NCBI GenBank assembly: GCA_046350875.1
Contig: JAXLZQ010000003.1
Coordinates: forward strand, 37,579 to 101,578
DNA: 64,000 nt
Direction: 5' to 3'
Origin: Patescibacteria group bacterium
Lineage (GTDB): Bacteria > Patescibacteriota > Microgenomatia > UBA1406 > GWC2-37-13
A program made the position numbers and the translations under genes. This document shows, piece by piece, positions 7,870 through 17,562 of the stretch; position 1 is the stretch's first letter, and the number at the start of each line of letters is the position of its first letter. The notes below the pieces were generated by a model. The model saw nothing but the letters and a program-made list of their open reading frames with translations. It did no database searches and was not told the origin of the DNA.

Positions 7870-9246
7870 ACATAATGTTCTTTGTAATCTGCATACTTGC
7901 GATGGATCATATTGTAAGCAGAAAATGGCATTTTCTTGAGATTTGGCGTGATTATATGCACACATTCTTTCTTCATAGATTTCATATCAAAATTGTAGGC
8001 ATCTACAAATGACACAGCACTAATTCTAAAAGTTTTATCATCAATATGGTCAAATTTCCTGTCTGCTGATAATAGCGAGAAATTTTTCGGAATCATTTTG
8101 CCAAGTGCTGTGAGCATTTCTGCGCACCCTTCTGCATCGCAGGTGAAAAAGCCCTGTGTTATTTTTTTCATAATATCTTCCGGATAAAAAGTGAAAGTGT
8201 TGTCTATTAGCGGTAGAACATTTTTGGCATTTATATGTCTAGTTACTGGGATGAAACTGCCATCCTTCTTGTAGAGATAAGTGAAAGATACCCTCTCTGG
8301 GTGACAAGGTAATGGTACAAAGTCATCAATTTTTAGCATTCCGCTTGTTTGCTTCTCTATCCTTTTTAATATTCCAGTGAGAGTTATTCTATTTTTGACA
8401 TCTGTATCACTCATTCTTCCAAAAAAGCCAACGGTTGGAAATTGATCCCACGAATATACTTGGTATTAAAGCCCAAATTTATTATTTCACCTATTTCTTC
8501 ATCGTTCACTCCGTTCACAATTGTTGCGACAAGTGTGATTGGAATCTCATATTTGGTAAGGTTTGCAATTGCCTTTTTTTTGACTTCTCGAAGATCCACT
8601 CCACGAATAGTTTTGAAAGTATTTTCCGAAAATCCATCGAATTGCAGATATATTTCAAAACGCCCTTTGAATTTCGCAAGTTCTTTCACAAATTCTTCGT
8701 CTTTTGCGATTCTTAGCCCATTGGTATTTAGCATCACGTATTTGAACTTTTTGTCTTTGGCAATTTGGATAATTTTCAATATATCAGGATGCATTGTGGG
8801 CTCTCCTCCACTTATTTGAAGTATTTCTGCTTTTCCCCACCTTCACTCTCTTGAAAAAAATCCATCATCTTTTCGATAGATGATAATGATAAATTATGCC
8901 CCACACCTGACGACGCGTAGCAAAACTTGCAACCCAAATCACACTTGTCTGTCACCTCTATAAGACCTATACATGTATGTTGCTCATGGTCAGGACAAAG
9001 TCCACAGTCAAAGGGGCAGCCTTTGTTTATGATTGTTTGTCTTTGGCAATCTTTACCTGGTTTGCAATACTGTGGTATGGATTTGTAATACTCGTAATCC
9101 TCCTCAAGTAAATGGGACATGTCCCCATGTTTTTTACAATACTTATTTATAAATACTTTATTATTTTTTGTGACTATTTTTGCTGACAAGAGAGTCATGC
9201 AGCTAGGACAAAAACTTTGGGTTTGTTCCAGATAAATATAATCCAT
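7866..9246 (-). pseudogene. Radical SAM enzyme with an N-terminal Cys-rich ribbon and a C-terminal extension, interrupted by two frameshifts
   Basis: Three consecutive ORFs form one protein. 8812-9246 carries CPSC...CKKH, CPFDCGLCPDH and CDLGCKFC (CxxxCxxC). 8411-8794 continues in another frame from ILQISGGEPTMHPDI. 7866-8414 continues in another frame from VGFFGRMSDTD. The shifts fall at the run GGGGAAAA (about 8831-8838) and the run T6/A6 (8421-8426). Confidence 0.7.
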
Positions 9247-9251
9247 AAATT

Positions 9252-9283
9252 AATTCCTAATTCCAAATCTTGTGCTCCGAGTT
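9252..9283. repeat. Heptamer array (TTCC orientation)
   Basis: AATTCCTAATTCCAAATCTTGTGCTCCGAGTT, the inverted partner of 9646-9677. Confidence 0.5.
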
Positions 9284-9291
9284 AGAAAAAC

Positions 9292-9639
9292 TTATTTAAC
9301 AATGATGCTCTTTATTAAAGCTTTGATCAAATGATCTATATCTTCTGTTAAAACTAAAAGTTCATCTCTTGCCATATTGAAATATCCTGTTTTGTACTTC
9401 TTAAAAATCATCGATTGTTCTCCATATTCGAGTCTTTATTGTGTTTTTAAAAATCGGCTCGAATTCTTTCCCCATCACTGAAACTTTCAGCAATATTATT
9501 CATTATAGACAAAGATGCTCTTCGATCTGATCGCAATAAGAAAATCTTTATTACATTGAAGTGATTGTCTAAGCTTAATTGCCGAATCTTCAGATTTTTG
9601 CCAAGCAATAATATCAGTAAAAGATTTTATTGTACCCAT
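9292..9639 (-). pseudogene. Decayed four-helix-bundle protein gene (23S rRNA intervening-sequence protein / TIGR02436, Avd-like family)
   Basis: On the minus strand MGTIKSFTDIIAWQKSE, RRASLSIMNNIAESFSDGE and YFNMARDELLVLTEDIDHLIKALIKSI match the family pattern. They lie in different frames separated by stops. Confidence 0.6.
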
Positions 9640-9645
9640 CTCTAA

Positions 9646-9677
9646 ACTTGGAATTTGGAACTCGGAACTTGGAATTT
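9646..9677. repeat. Heptamer array ACTTGGA-ATTTGGA-ACTCGGA-ACTTGGA-ATTT just downstream of RNase J
   Basis: Four and a half consecutive 7-nt units seen directly. Confidence 0.6.
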
Positions 9678-9678
9678 A

Positions 9679-11370
9679 TTATGTAATAATTATCTCAGCT
9701 ACAACCAGTGGCATGCGTCCAGTTCTTTCACGGAAAAATTGCTCAAGAGATTTGACCACATCTTTTTTGACAGTTGGCTGCTCCATGATTGCTTCCTTTT
9801 TACCAACTGAAGCAAGCTTTCGCTCGATGAGTGATTTGACCGTGCTGGCAGCTTCATTCAAAAGTTCGGATTCGGTTTTCTCAAATACAAACCCTCTTGA
9901 GATAATTTTTGGCTCCATCACTTGACTTGTAGAGTTGTCAATTGTGACAACAGCCACAACAATTCCTTCAGATGATAGTGTCAGTCTATCACGAAGGACC
10001 ACATTCCCAACATCCCCCACTCCATATGCATCAACATATATGGCTTCTGTTTCGATAACCTCACTCTTTCTGGCTTTGCTCTGACCTTCAAATGTCACTG
10101 TCTCCCCTTCGTTTAGTAGGAATACTGCCTCTTTTCGCATACCAACTTGCATACAAAGATTTTGATATTGCATATGGTGTCTTATGGTTGATCCAATCGG
10201 TATGGCATATTTTGGCTTAGTGAATCTAAGAAGTAGCTTGAGATCGTCTATATTACCGTGCCCTGATGCATGAATTTGTTCTGACACGTCAGAGTAGATG
10301 ATATCTGCTCCGCGCATGGACAATTGCTCGACAATCGCATAAACCTCTTCCTCATTCCCAGGTATCGGGTCTGATGAAAAGAAGATTTTGTCACCAGCAG
10401 CGATTTTCACTGATCTGTGCTGATTTTGGGCCATTTTGGCAATTGCCGAACCTTCTTGTCCTTGGCTACCGGTTGCAATGATACAGACTCTATTTGGCGG
10501 CAAGCTCATGATCTCTTTCTCCTCACCTACTAGTTTCTCAGGAATTGGCAAATATCCTATCTCTGCGGCTGAAGCAGTATTTTTGGTCATGGTTCTGCCT
10601 AAGAAAAATACTTTTCGGTTGAATTTGATGGCAGCCTCTGTACATTGTCTGATACGTGAAATATTTGAGGCAAATGTTGTCATGACAAATTTGCCTTTAG
10701 TTTTTCGCATTTCATCTTCAAAAGATTGACCTACGGCACTTTCTGAAAGCGTCAATCCTTCGCGGAATGCTCCAAGTGCATCAGACATAAGGGCCAAGAC
10801 CCCATCTTTTCCGGCTTTACACATTTCATAAAAATCAGGAGGTGGACCATAGGGGGGTGTGAGGTCCATTTTGAAATCCTGTCCATGATAAAGTGTGCCA
10901 ATAGGAGTGTTTATGATAATGTGATGAGTGTCAGGGATAGAGTGACATGTATTAATAAACTTCACTCGAAATCCACCGAACTCATATTCTTTACCAAGCT
11001 TTACAACGGTCAAATCGGGGTGTACATCAAACTCTTCAAGCTTCTTCTCAATAAACATTGCTGTGAGCTTGCCAGTGTACATCGGAGGTCTATCAAGCGC
11101 TTCATAATGATAAGGCAGTGCGCCGATATGATCCTCGTGGCCGTGTGTCAGGAGTATTGCTCTGATTTTGTCTTTTTTATCATCCAGATACCTGATATCT
11201 GGGATAAGAAGGTCTACTCCTAGCTCATGAGCTCCAGGAAAACCTATTCCACAGTCAACTATTAATATATCTTTGAGCTTTTCATTTTCATAAAGCTCAT
11301 AAAGATACATGTTTTTTGTTACGCCGACTATGCCGCCAAGCGGTACAAATCGGACTTTATAATCATCCAT
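9679..11370 (-). CDS. rnj: Ribonuclease J
   Basis: 563 aa with a metallo-beta-lactamase HGHEDHIG motif, a beta-CASP region and the RNase J C-terminal domain. Confidence 0.9.
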   Translation of the reverse strand: MDDYKVRFVPLGGIVGVTKNMYLYELYENEKLKDILIVDCGIGFPGAHELGVDLLIPDIRYLDDKKDKIRAILLTHGHEDHIGALPYHYEALDRPPMYTGKLTAMFIEKKLEEFDVHPDLTVVKLGKEYEFGGFRVKFINTCHSIPDTHHIIINTPIGTLYHGQDFKMDLTPPYGPPPDFYEMCKAGKDGVLALMSDALGAFREGLTLSESAVGQSFEDEMRKTKGKFVMTTFASNISRIRQCTEAAIKFNRKVFFLGRTMTKNTASAAEIGYLPIPEKLVGEEKEIMSLPPNRVCIIATGSQGQEGSAIAKMAQNQHRSVKIAAGDKIFFSSDPIPGNEEEVYAIVEQLSMRGADIIYSDVSEQIHASGHGNIDDLKLLLRFTKPKYAIPIGSTIRHHMQYQNLCMQVGMRKEAVFLLNEGETVTFEGQSKARKSEVIETEAIYVDAYGVGDVGNVVLRDRLTLSSEGIVVAVVTIDNSTSQVMEPKIISRGFVFEKTESELLNEAASTVKSLIERKLASVGKKEAIMEQPTVKKDVVKSLEQFFRERTGRMPLVVAEIIIT

Positions 11371-11506
11371 AAATAAAAATAATATTTAGAGATTCTCCCA
11401 ACGGGTACCTCTCTCTAGAAAATTTATAATAAAAATTAATTCAAAGAATTTTAAATTCTAAAATCAAATATCTAAACTCAAAACAATTTCGAATCAAGTC
11501 ACAAAG

Positions 11507-11532
11507 CAAATTACAAAAATGATTGTAATTTG
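11507..11532 (-). terminator. Perfect 10-bp hairpin downstream of dnaX
   Basis: CAAATTACAA-aaatga-TTGTAATTTG. The flanks are T/A-rich and the U-tract on the minus strand is weak. Confidence 0.35.
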
Positions 11533-11597
11533 TATTTTGAATTTTCTAATTTGGAATTTATACAGGGTTTAGTGTTTAGAATTTTGAATTTTGTTCG

Positions 11598-12608
11598 TTA
11601 TTTTGTTTGGCAGTATTCAATTATTGCAAGCTGCAGTGCAGATGATGGTACTGGGGAATTTCTGCTGACTGTGTAAGCTTCGTGTAATAATTTTTGAATC
11701 TTTGCCAATTCGCCAAGTGTGAATTTGTGACTACCAACCGGAAAATCTGGCTCAACTTTGTAATGTATTAGAATGAGAGCATGGATTTTTCTGATAGTCT
11801 CCTCTATGAGAAGCTTCATGTCTCCTCCACTTGTTGAAAATTCCTGAAGCCATGAGATTGCTCCAACCGCGTCTTTCACTTCCAAAAACTTGAGCACATC
11901 GTCTTTGGTCCTGATGCCCAAATATTTTTTCGCATCTTCTTCCTCTAGTGCATTTTGGGTTACAAGCTCTTCAAGTATTTTGGTTGCATCTCGAAATGAT
12001 CTGTCGCAACTTATTGATATCAAGTTTTTTGTAGCTTCAGGGACATTTATATTTTCACCTTTTGAAATACGATCTATCATCCTGACAACATCTTCTGGTT
12101 TGGCAGTGCCAAACTCAACCTTCACACATCTTGACTGAATGGTAGATGGCACTTTGTCTATGCTAGTCGTGGCCAAAATAAATATCGCATGAGCTGGTGG
12201 CTCTTCAAGAATCTTTAATAGTCCATTGAAGGCGCTTGTTGAGAGCATGTGCACTTCATCAATGATGTACATACGATATTTTGCAACCATTGGAGCATAG
12301 GAGATGTTTTCGATGAGCTTTCGCACATCATCTATACCTGTATTGTCTGCTCCGTTTATCTCTTGTACGTCAGGTGACGCACCATTATCAATATCAGACA
12401 CTATAAGTGCGTCTTTAGCAGCATCTCCAGTCTTGCAAAGCTCTCTTGCCAAAATTCTCGCAATTGAGGTTTTACCCATACCTTTGTGCCCTACAAAAAG
12501 CCAAGCGTGGGGAACCTCTTTTTGTTTGAGGTAGTTCTTGATGACATCACGGACTCTTGAGTTGTCTACATCATCAATATTTTTGGGTCTGTATTTCAGG
12601 TAAAACAT
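11598..12608 (-). CDS. dnaX: DNA polymerase III subunit gamma/tau (short, gamma-like)
   Basis: 336 aa with Walker A GHKGMGKTS, Walker B IIDEVH and sensor-1 region ILATTS. Confidence 0.85.
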   Translation of the reverse strand: MFYLKYRPKNIDDVDNSRVRDVIKNYLKQKEVPHAWLFVGHKGMGKTSIARILARELCKTGDAAKDALIVSDIDNGASPDVQEINGADNTGIDDVRKLIENISYAPMVAKYRMYIIDEVHMLSTSAFNGLLKILEEPPAHAIFILATTSIDKVPSTIQSRCVKVEFGTAKPEDVVRMIDRISKGENINVPEATKNLISISCDRSFRDATKILEELVTQNALEEEDAKKYLGIRTKDDVLKFLEVKDAVGAISWLQEFSTSGGDMKLLIEETIRKIHALILIHYKVEPDFPVGSHKFTLGELAKIQKLLHEAYTVSRNSPVPSSALQLAIIEYCQTK

Positions 12609-12779
12609 AGATTAGATGTCAGATTTCAGTTCTCAGTTTGAAGACTTAACTACTAAATTGCAAAAACTCTCAAGCTCCTCTTCACTTGCATTGTACTAAA
12701 TTTATTGCTAGAAAAGTAAGAATGTATGCTTTATTTAGCTTCTATTGATATCCATGTACTAATTAGGGATAATCGTTAG

Positions 12780-13628
12780 ATGTCTGAAAATGGTTTTGAT
12801 GCATTAGATCAAGTACATGCACATTATATTAATAAAGTTGTAACAGATGGTTCTGTGACTCCTGAAGCTGCAAGTAAAACGACAAAATTCGATTTAGATA
12901 ATGCATTATTAAATCGTTTACAGTTAAGACCTTCCCATGTTCGGTATGATCCAGATACCGACACCTTGAAAATTGTGGAAATTTCAGATATAGATAAGTT
13001 AATTGCTGCGATAAAAGTTCACGATATTTCAGATGAAGAGAAAATATTAATCGAAAATTATCGGAAATATGTTGTATCAAAGTCTAGATTGTTACTTTCA
13101 AACCTTCAGGAAATTGCCAAAAATGAGCATAAACGAATTCCTATAGGCTTGCTGTTATTTGGATCTCAAATTAATCCTCATTTAGTTCCGCGCAACTCAC
13201 AGATTCAAGAGGAAAATAGATCTGACCTCGATATGTACATTGTTTATTCTTTAAGCAGTAAAAAAACTTCACCACTACCAAGAAAAACCATTGAAAAAAC
13301 ATGGTCAAGTCTTGGTGATCATAATAACGATCTGCCTCCACTGTCAGATATGATATTCAACTGCACAGGTGAAGCTCTTTATGAAAATATTACATCTGTA
13401 GAAACTATGCAAGATGGGGAAGTGCCAAATTGGGCCTGGTTTCCAGATGGCTGTGTCTATATAGGCGAAGTTCAAGATCCTAAGACAGGTATGCCAATAT
13501 CAGAAAAGCAAGTGAATGAAAAACTCAATATTTATTTATCCTTAGATGAATTAGAATCCAAAAAAATAAATGAATTGAAAAGAGTGCGTTCTTTACTAAC
13601 TGACCCAGAAGACCCCGCCAATAGATAG
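12780..13628 (+). CDS. Hypothetical protein (weak nucleotidyltransferase-like GS...DLD pattern)
   Basis: 282 aa. LLLFGSQINPH...NRSDLDMYIVYS loosely resembles the pol-beta NTase G[GS]...DxD motif, but the spacing is long. Confidence 0.4.
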   Translation: MSENGFDALDQVHAHYINKVVTDGSVTPEAASKTTKFDLDNALLNRLQLRPSHVRYDPDTDTLKIVEISDIDKLIAAIKVHDISDEEKILIENYRKYVVSKSRLLLSNLQEIAKNEHKRIPIGLLLFGSQINPHLVPRNSQIQEENRSDLDMYIVYSLSSKKTSPLPRKTIEKTWSSLGDHNNDLPPLSDMIFNCTGEALYENITSVETMQDGEVPNWAWFPDGCVYIGEVQDPKTGMPISEKQVNEKLNIYLSLDELESKKINELKRVRSLLTDPEDPANR

Positions 13629-13636
13629 TAATTAGA

Positions 13637-14083
13637 TTACTTATTTACCAAATTATCTATCCCATGTTCTGTGAGCCATTTGAGGATGTCATTTACTTTT
13701 TTGTTTCGCTCAGCAGCAAGAAGAACTGCCTGTGGATAGCAGATGAAAATTTCACCAATTAGATTGTTGGTTTCTGTAACTTCACTAGGAATGAGTGACT
13801 TTCCAACGAGTTGCTCTGCTTTCACTTCTCCATTTTCTTCGATCTCGTCGGCTTGTTTTTTCATCATTTTCTTGTCTGTGAGATATGGAAAAGATAGCAC
13901 TGGAAGTGCTTCTGGTTCGCGTTTGTAAACTGTTGCAATATACAGCATTTTGCGCTTGCCGACAAAAACTATGTTTAGGTCAAGAGTGGAGCTAACTCCA
14001 TTTTTCGCCAAATACTCTATTGCAACAGATTTTACAAATTTGTGGTCAATTTTGAATCTTGAAGAGTCTATGATATTGATCAT
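13637..14083 (-). CDS. YbeY-like protein lacking the His-triad metal site
   Basis: 148 aa. LNIVFVGKRKM, PVLSFPY and LIGEIFICYPQAV align with the YbeY pattern. The protein ends EHGIDNLVNK where YbeY has HGxLHLxGYDH. Confidence 0.5.
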   Translation of the reverse strand: MINIIDSSRFKIDHKFVKSVAIEYLAKNGVSSTLDLNIVFVGKRKMLYIATVYKREPEALPVLSFPYLTDKKMMKKQADEIEENGEVKAEQLVGKSLIPSEVTETNNLIGEIFICYPQAVLLAAERNKKVNDILKWLTEHGIDNLVNK

Positions 14084-14123
14084 ATCCGGTTGTGGTTATG
14101 GAAAACTATAGGTTTTTCAAGAA

Positions 14124-14318
14124 TTAGACATGTGCGTTTCTGCGGCGTCTCTTGATCTTTCTACGACGTTCCTCTATCTCTTTCTTTTTGATAGAAGGTT
14201 TTTTGTAGTATTTTCGATCACGAAGCTCATCCACAAGATTCTCTTCGTAGTTAATCTTGCCGAATTTGCGCCAAACGATTTCTGATGACTCTCCTTTTCC
14301 TCTTTGTACAACGACCAT
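14124..14318 (-). CDS. rpsU: 30S ribosomal protein S21
   Basis: 64 aa, very basic, with the bS21 pattern (..RKFGK...L.ELRDRKYYKKPS.KKK). Confidence 0.8.
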   Translation of the reverse strand: MVVVQRGKGESSEIVWRKFGKINYEENLVDELRDRKYYKKPSIKKKEIEERRRKIKRRRRNAHV

Positions 14319-14396
14319 GAATTACTTGAAACCCCCTTTCGATAAATCGAAAATTATAAGAAAGAACACAATATGTGCCTTATGAGCTATATTTTA

Positions 14397-15239
14397 CTAG
14401 AAAGACCTCAATATTTCTACAAGTCTTTCAAAAGTGATGGGTGAAGGGACCATTGTTGGGTTTACGAGTGATCCATTTAGCAGCATATGTCTGCTTTGGT
14501 GCAAAAACCAGGTGCCAACTTTGTCTTCCCCGACGATTAGGTCGCGGATTGGGGTGAGATCATAACTGTCATTTGGCACACAAACTATCCTGATTATCCC
14601 CTTTTCTGGATCTTTACGTGCCACAAGCTGAAAACCGAGTTTTTGGGCATATTTCATGCTGTCATTGTTGGTATTGCTCATTACAAGCGATTTGCCAAAT
14701 GCTTTAGTTTCAAACTCAATCCCTTCTTTTACATTAGTCTCTGCCTTTATCTTGTTTTTGACTACTTGAAGGATGGAGTCAAAAAATGGCAAAGTGATCT
14801 CGACTTTTTTGGCGTCTGGCATCTTGGTGTGAATGAGTCCGGATATCGCCTGATCTAGAGTAAAGTCAAAATAGTCGGCAGTTGGGTTTGGAAAATACAC
14901 TTCCTGGAAGTTATCATAGGCATTTATCACTCCACACATCCTGCCCAGGGCATTTATGTCATAAGACGGGAACCAATTATTTTTCAGACCCTCTTCATAG
15001 ATCCGTTTGAAAGCAGATAGCTTCTCAGGTATCTGATGATGATCAAATCGACCAAGACCAGTATCCACATGTACTATATCAGGGTCAGAATCCACAACCA
15101 TTTTTTTGTAAGTTTGACCGGCTGCCACAAATCCATACTCCACATCGTCTCCCTGAAATCCAGGGTAATATTTGCGGATAAGCCAAACGCTTGATAGCGC
15201 ATCTTGGTCTGGGTTGATGTGAGTGACGATGGTTTTCAT
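14397..15239 (-). CDS. DHH-superfamily (MYG1/UPF0160-like) metal-dependent phosphoesterase
   Basis: 280 aa with VTHINPDQDALSS and VHVDTGLGRFDHHQ motifs. Confidence 0.55.
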   Translation of the reverse strand: MKTIVTHINPDQDALSSVWLIRKYYPGFQGDDVEYGFVAAGQTYKKMVVDSDPDIVHVDTGLGRFDHHQIPEKLSAFKRIYEEGLKNNWFPSYDINALGRMCGVINAYDNFQEVYFPNPTADYFDFTLDQAISGLIHTKMPDAKKVEITLPFFDSILQVVKNKIKAETNVKEGIEFETKAFGKSLVMSNTNNDSMKYAQKLGFQLVARKDPEKGIIRIVCVPNDSYDLTPIRDLIVGEDKVGTWFLHQSRHMLLNGSLVNPTMVPSPITFERLVEILRSF

Positions 15240-15273
15240 AGAAATGAGAGTAAAGCCTAGAGAGCAGGTTTTT

Positions 15274-16146
15274 TTATAAGCTTTCTAGATAGTCTATTAT
15301 ATACTCATTATCTTTTATAAATGCTATTTGTTCATCCGTAACTTTTCCTCCAAAATATGCATTGTCACAAATAGCCACCATCTCATTCAAAATCTCACCA
15401 ATATCCTTGTTCAATTTGTCATCTTCTACAAGAAGTGTGATTATTTGTTGAGTATTTAGTTTATTTATTCCATCATCTGAGTATGTTAGTTTTTTAAGAT
15501 AGTCAATAAACGCGGTTCCTCCCCAAGGCGTTTTCTTATTGTCTTTTTTATTAATACTATTTTTATAAACCAAAATTAATTGTCTTCGGAGCTTCCATCT
15601 TACAGAAAATAATATAACTATCTCTTTGGGAACTTGATAGAAAAGATCTTTAGATTGTGGTCGTAATGGAATATCTTTAGCCACTTCTTTAGCTGTGTCT
15701 GACAATATTTTTAGTTCATTGTCTGGTTTGGGTGGATAGAAATATTGATTAATATTCTGACTTTGGATCATCAGTAGGCGTTGCTCTATTGCTTTTATTT
15801 TTTCATCTGTTTCTTTTTTGATTTCTTCAATTTCTTTTTTGAACTTCACTCCAAAAATCTCAATTTCTGAAAGGAATGGTAAAAGAATGATTATTGCAGC
15901 AATAGCTATAACAGCTGTGTCAATTTGTTTTTCTCCTGATCTAATAATAGTTGGGAAACGGTAGTAAAGATAAATTGTCGCAAGTGAAAGCACCAAAATA
16001 CCAAGAATTATTTTTAGAACCAGACCCCACTTACCCTTGAGCTTGTTTATGTTTTTCAATAACCAATTTATGAGATTGTTAAACATATTATTATGCTTCG
16101 AACCTGACAGAACTGTCGGGTGAGAAGTTGTGAATATATTTGTCAA
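15274..16146 (-). CDS. Hypothetical membrane protein
   Basis: 290 aa with 2-3 N-terminal TM helices, a coiled-coil and a soluble C-terminal domain. No family recognised and the start is uncertain. Confidence 0.45.
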   Translation of the reverse strand: MTNIFTTSHPTVLSGSKHNNMFNNLINWLLKNINKLKGKWGLVLKIILGILVLSLATIYLYYRFPTIIRSGEKQIDTAVIAIAAIIILLPFLSEIEIFGVKFKKEIEEIKKETDEKIKAIEQRLLMIQSQNINQYFYPPKPDNELKILSDTAKEVAKDIPLRPQSKDLFYQVPKEIVILFSVRWKLRRQLILVYKNSINKKDNKKTPWGGTAFIDYLKKLTYSDDGINKLNTQQIITLLVEDDKLNKDIGEILNEMVAICDNAYFGGKVTDEQIAFIKDNEYIIDYLESL

Positions 16147-16260
16147 GACTTCTCACCGATCAGAGTGAATAAAAACTGATCTTGAGCGGATCGAACAAAA
16201 ATTCTACATGTTTGTTTGAGTATTTACTTTCATGCTTATAAGCTTTTACGCTTATATTTT

Positions 16261-17508
16261 TTAGGCATATTTGCTGACAAACTCTTCCACAGACAATAAA
16301 GTGCTTTCTTTACCAGCTCTTTCCTTCACTTCAATCCTGTCTCCTGATCTTTTGCTTATTACAACTCTTAGAGGACAACCAATGAGGTCTGCATCAGCAA
16401 ACTTCTCCCCTGCTCTTGACTCAATTCTGTCATCAAATAAAACCTCATCTGGGAAATGTTTTTTCAGATCTGTATAAAGTTTTTCTGCTTTTGCTGACAG
16501 TTCTTGGTCATGAAGATCAAGCCCAGTCAGATGAACCTTATAAGGAGCTACAGAAGTTGGCCAAATAATACCCTTGCCGTCGTTATATTTCTCAACCATT
16601 ACTCCCATGATACGGCTAGTGCCTATTCCATAGCAGCCCATATAAACTTTTTGATCAGATCCATCCTCAGCTTTATAGGTGAGTCCAAAAGCATCTGAGA
16701 ACTTGGTGTTGAGAGGGAATATATTTCCTATTTCACAGGCTTTGAAAACTTCGTAATCACCCGATTCATCAGCGCCTTCTGGGGCAATCTCTTTGTTGAA
16801 GCATTCACCTGTGGTTTTGTGTCTATATATCGTATCTTCACCAGTTTCAACCCGGAGTTGGAATTCATGTGAATAATCTTTGGTGAAGTCACCACCTGAG
16901 GCTTTTACCAGATATGTATCTGCCTTGATCCCAAGTGCTTCATACACTGCAAAATATATATCTTTTGAAGCTTCGTAATATTTTTTCAAGTCTTCGGGGG
17001 ATGTGTGGAAGCTGTATAGATCTTTCATTCGAAATTCCCGACACCTTAGAAGTCCGCTTTTGGCTCTTGGTTCATTTCGGAACTTGGTCTGGATCTGGTA
17101 ATAAGCACAAGGCATGTCTTTATAACTGGATATGTATTTCTGGGCAAGGGGTGTGACAACTTCCTCATGAGTTGGGCTTATGACATATTTGCTGTCATTT
17201 TTGGATTTGGCTACATCATTTGCGGGGACTACTGCACCAAGAACATCTACGGTTTCAAGTCGGCCTGTCTTTTCCCATAGTTCAGTTGGAACTACGGCAG
17301 GCATAAGAACTTCAGCTCCAATCTTGTTCATTTCTGTTCTGACTATGTTTTCGATTTTGTTGAGTACGCGAAGACCAAGTGGCAAGTATGTGTATGCTCC
17401 AGCCATCACCTGGTCAACAAACCCACCCTGTATGAGTAGCTTGGCATTTATAGAGGAATCATCTTTTATGGTTTTTTTGGTTTTTGTAAATAGCTTTGAA
17501 TATTTCAT
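16261..17508 (-). CDS. proS: Prolyl-tRNA synthetase (short form without editing insertion)
   Basis: 415 aa with class II aaRS motifs (FRNEPRAKSGLLRCREFRMKD; GCYGIGTSR) and a C-terminal anticodon-binding domain. Confidence 0.9.
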   Translation of the reverse strand: MKYSKLFTKTKKTIKDDSSINAKLLIQGGFVDQVMAGAYTYLPLGLRVLNKIENIVRTEMNKIGAEVLMPAVVPTELWEKTGRLETVDVLGAVVPANDVAKSKNDSKYVISPTHEEVVTPLAQKYISSYKDMPCAYYQIQTKFRNEPRAKSGLLRCREFRMKDLYSFHTSPEDLKKYYEASKDIYFAVYEALGIKADTYLVKASGGDFTKDYSHEFQLRVETGEDTIYRHKTTGECFNKEIAPEGADESGDYEVFKACEIGNIFPLNTKFSDAFGLTYKAEDGSDQKVYMGCYGIGTSRIMGVMVEKYNDGKGIIWPTSVAPYKVHLTGLDLHDQELSAKAEKLYTDLKKHFPDEVLFDDRIESRAGEKFADADLIGCPLRVVISKRSGDRIEVKERAGKESTLLSVEEFVSKYA

Positions 17509-17562
17509 AGTCGCAATATTATTGATATGCGGTCAATTATAAGCCATTGTGAGCTGTCTTTC

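Noticed and set aside
9292-9639. The four-helix-bundle (Avd-like) remnant as evidence of a diversity-generating retroelement
   Set aside because: No reverse transcriptase and no template/variable repeat pair with adenine-specific mismatches is present anywhere in the window.
12780-13628. The 282-aa protein as a CD-NTase/CBASS-like defence nucleotidyltransferase
   Set aside because: Only a loose GS...DLD pattern with atypical spacing is present. There is no adjacent effector gene, and the flanking genes are dnaX and ybeY-like/rpsU.
16232-16260. Hairpin ATAAGC-tttta-GCTTAT followed by ATTTTTTA
   Set aside because: It looks like an intrinsic terminator only on the + strand, where no gene precedes it. 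On the minus strand (after proS) it lacks a U-tract, so it was left unannotated.
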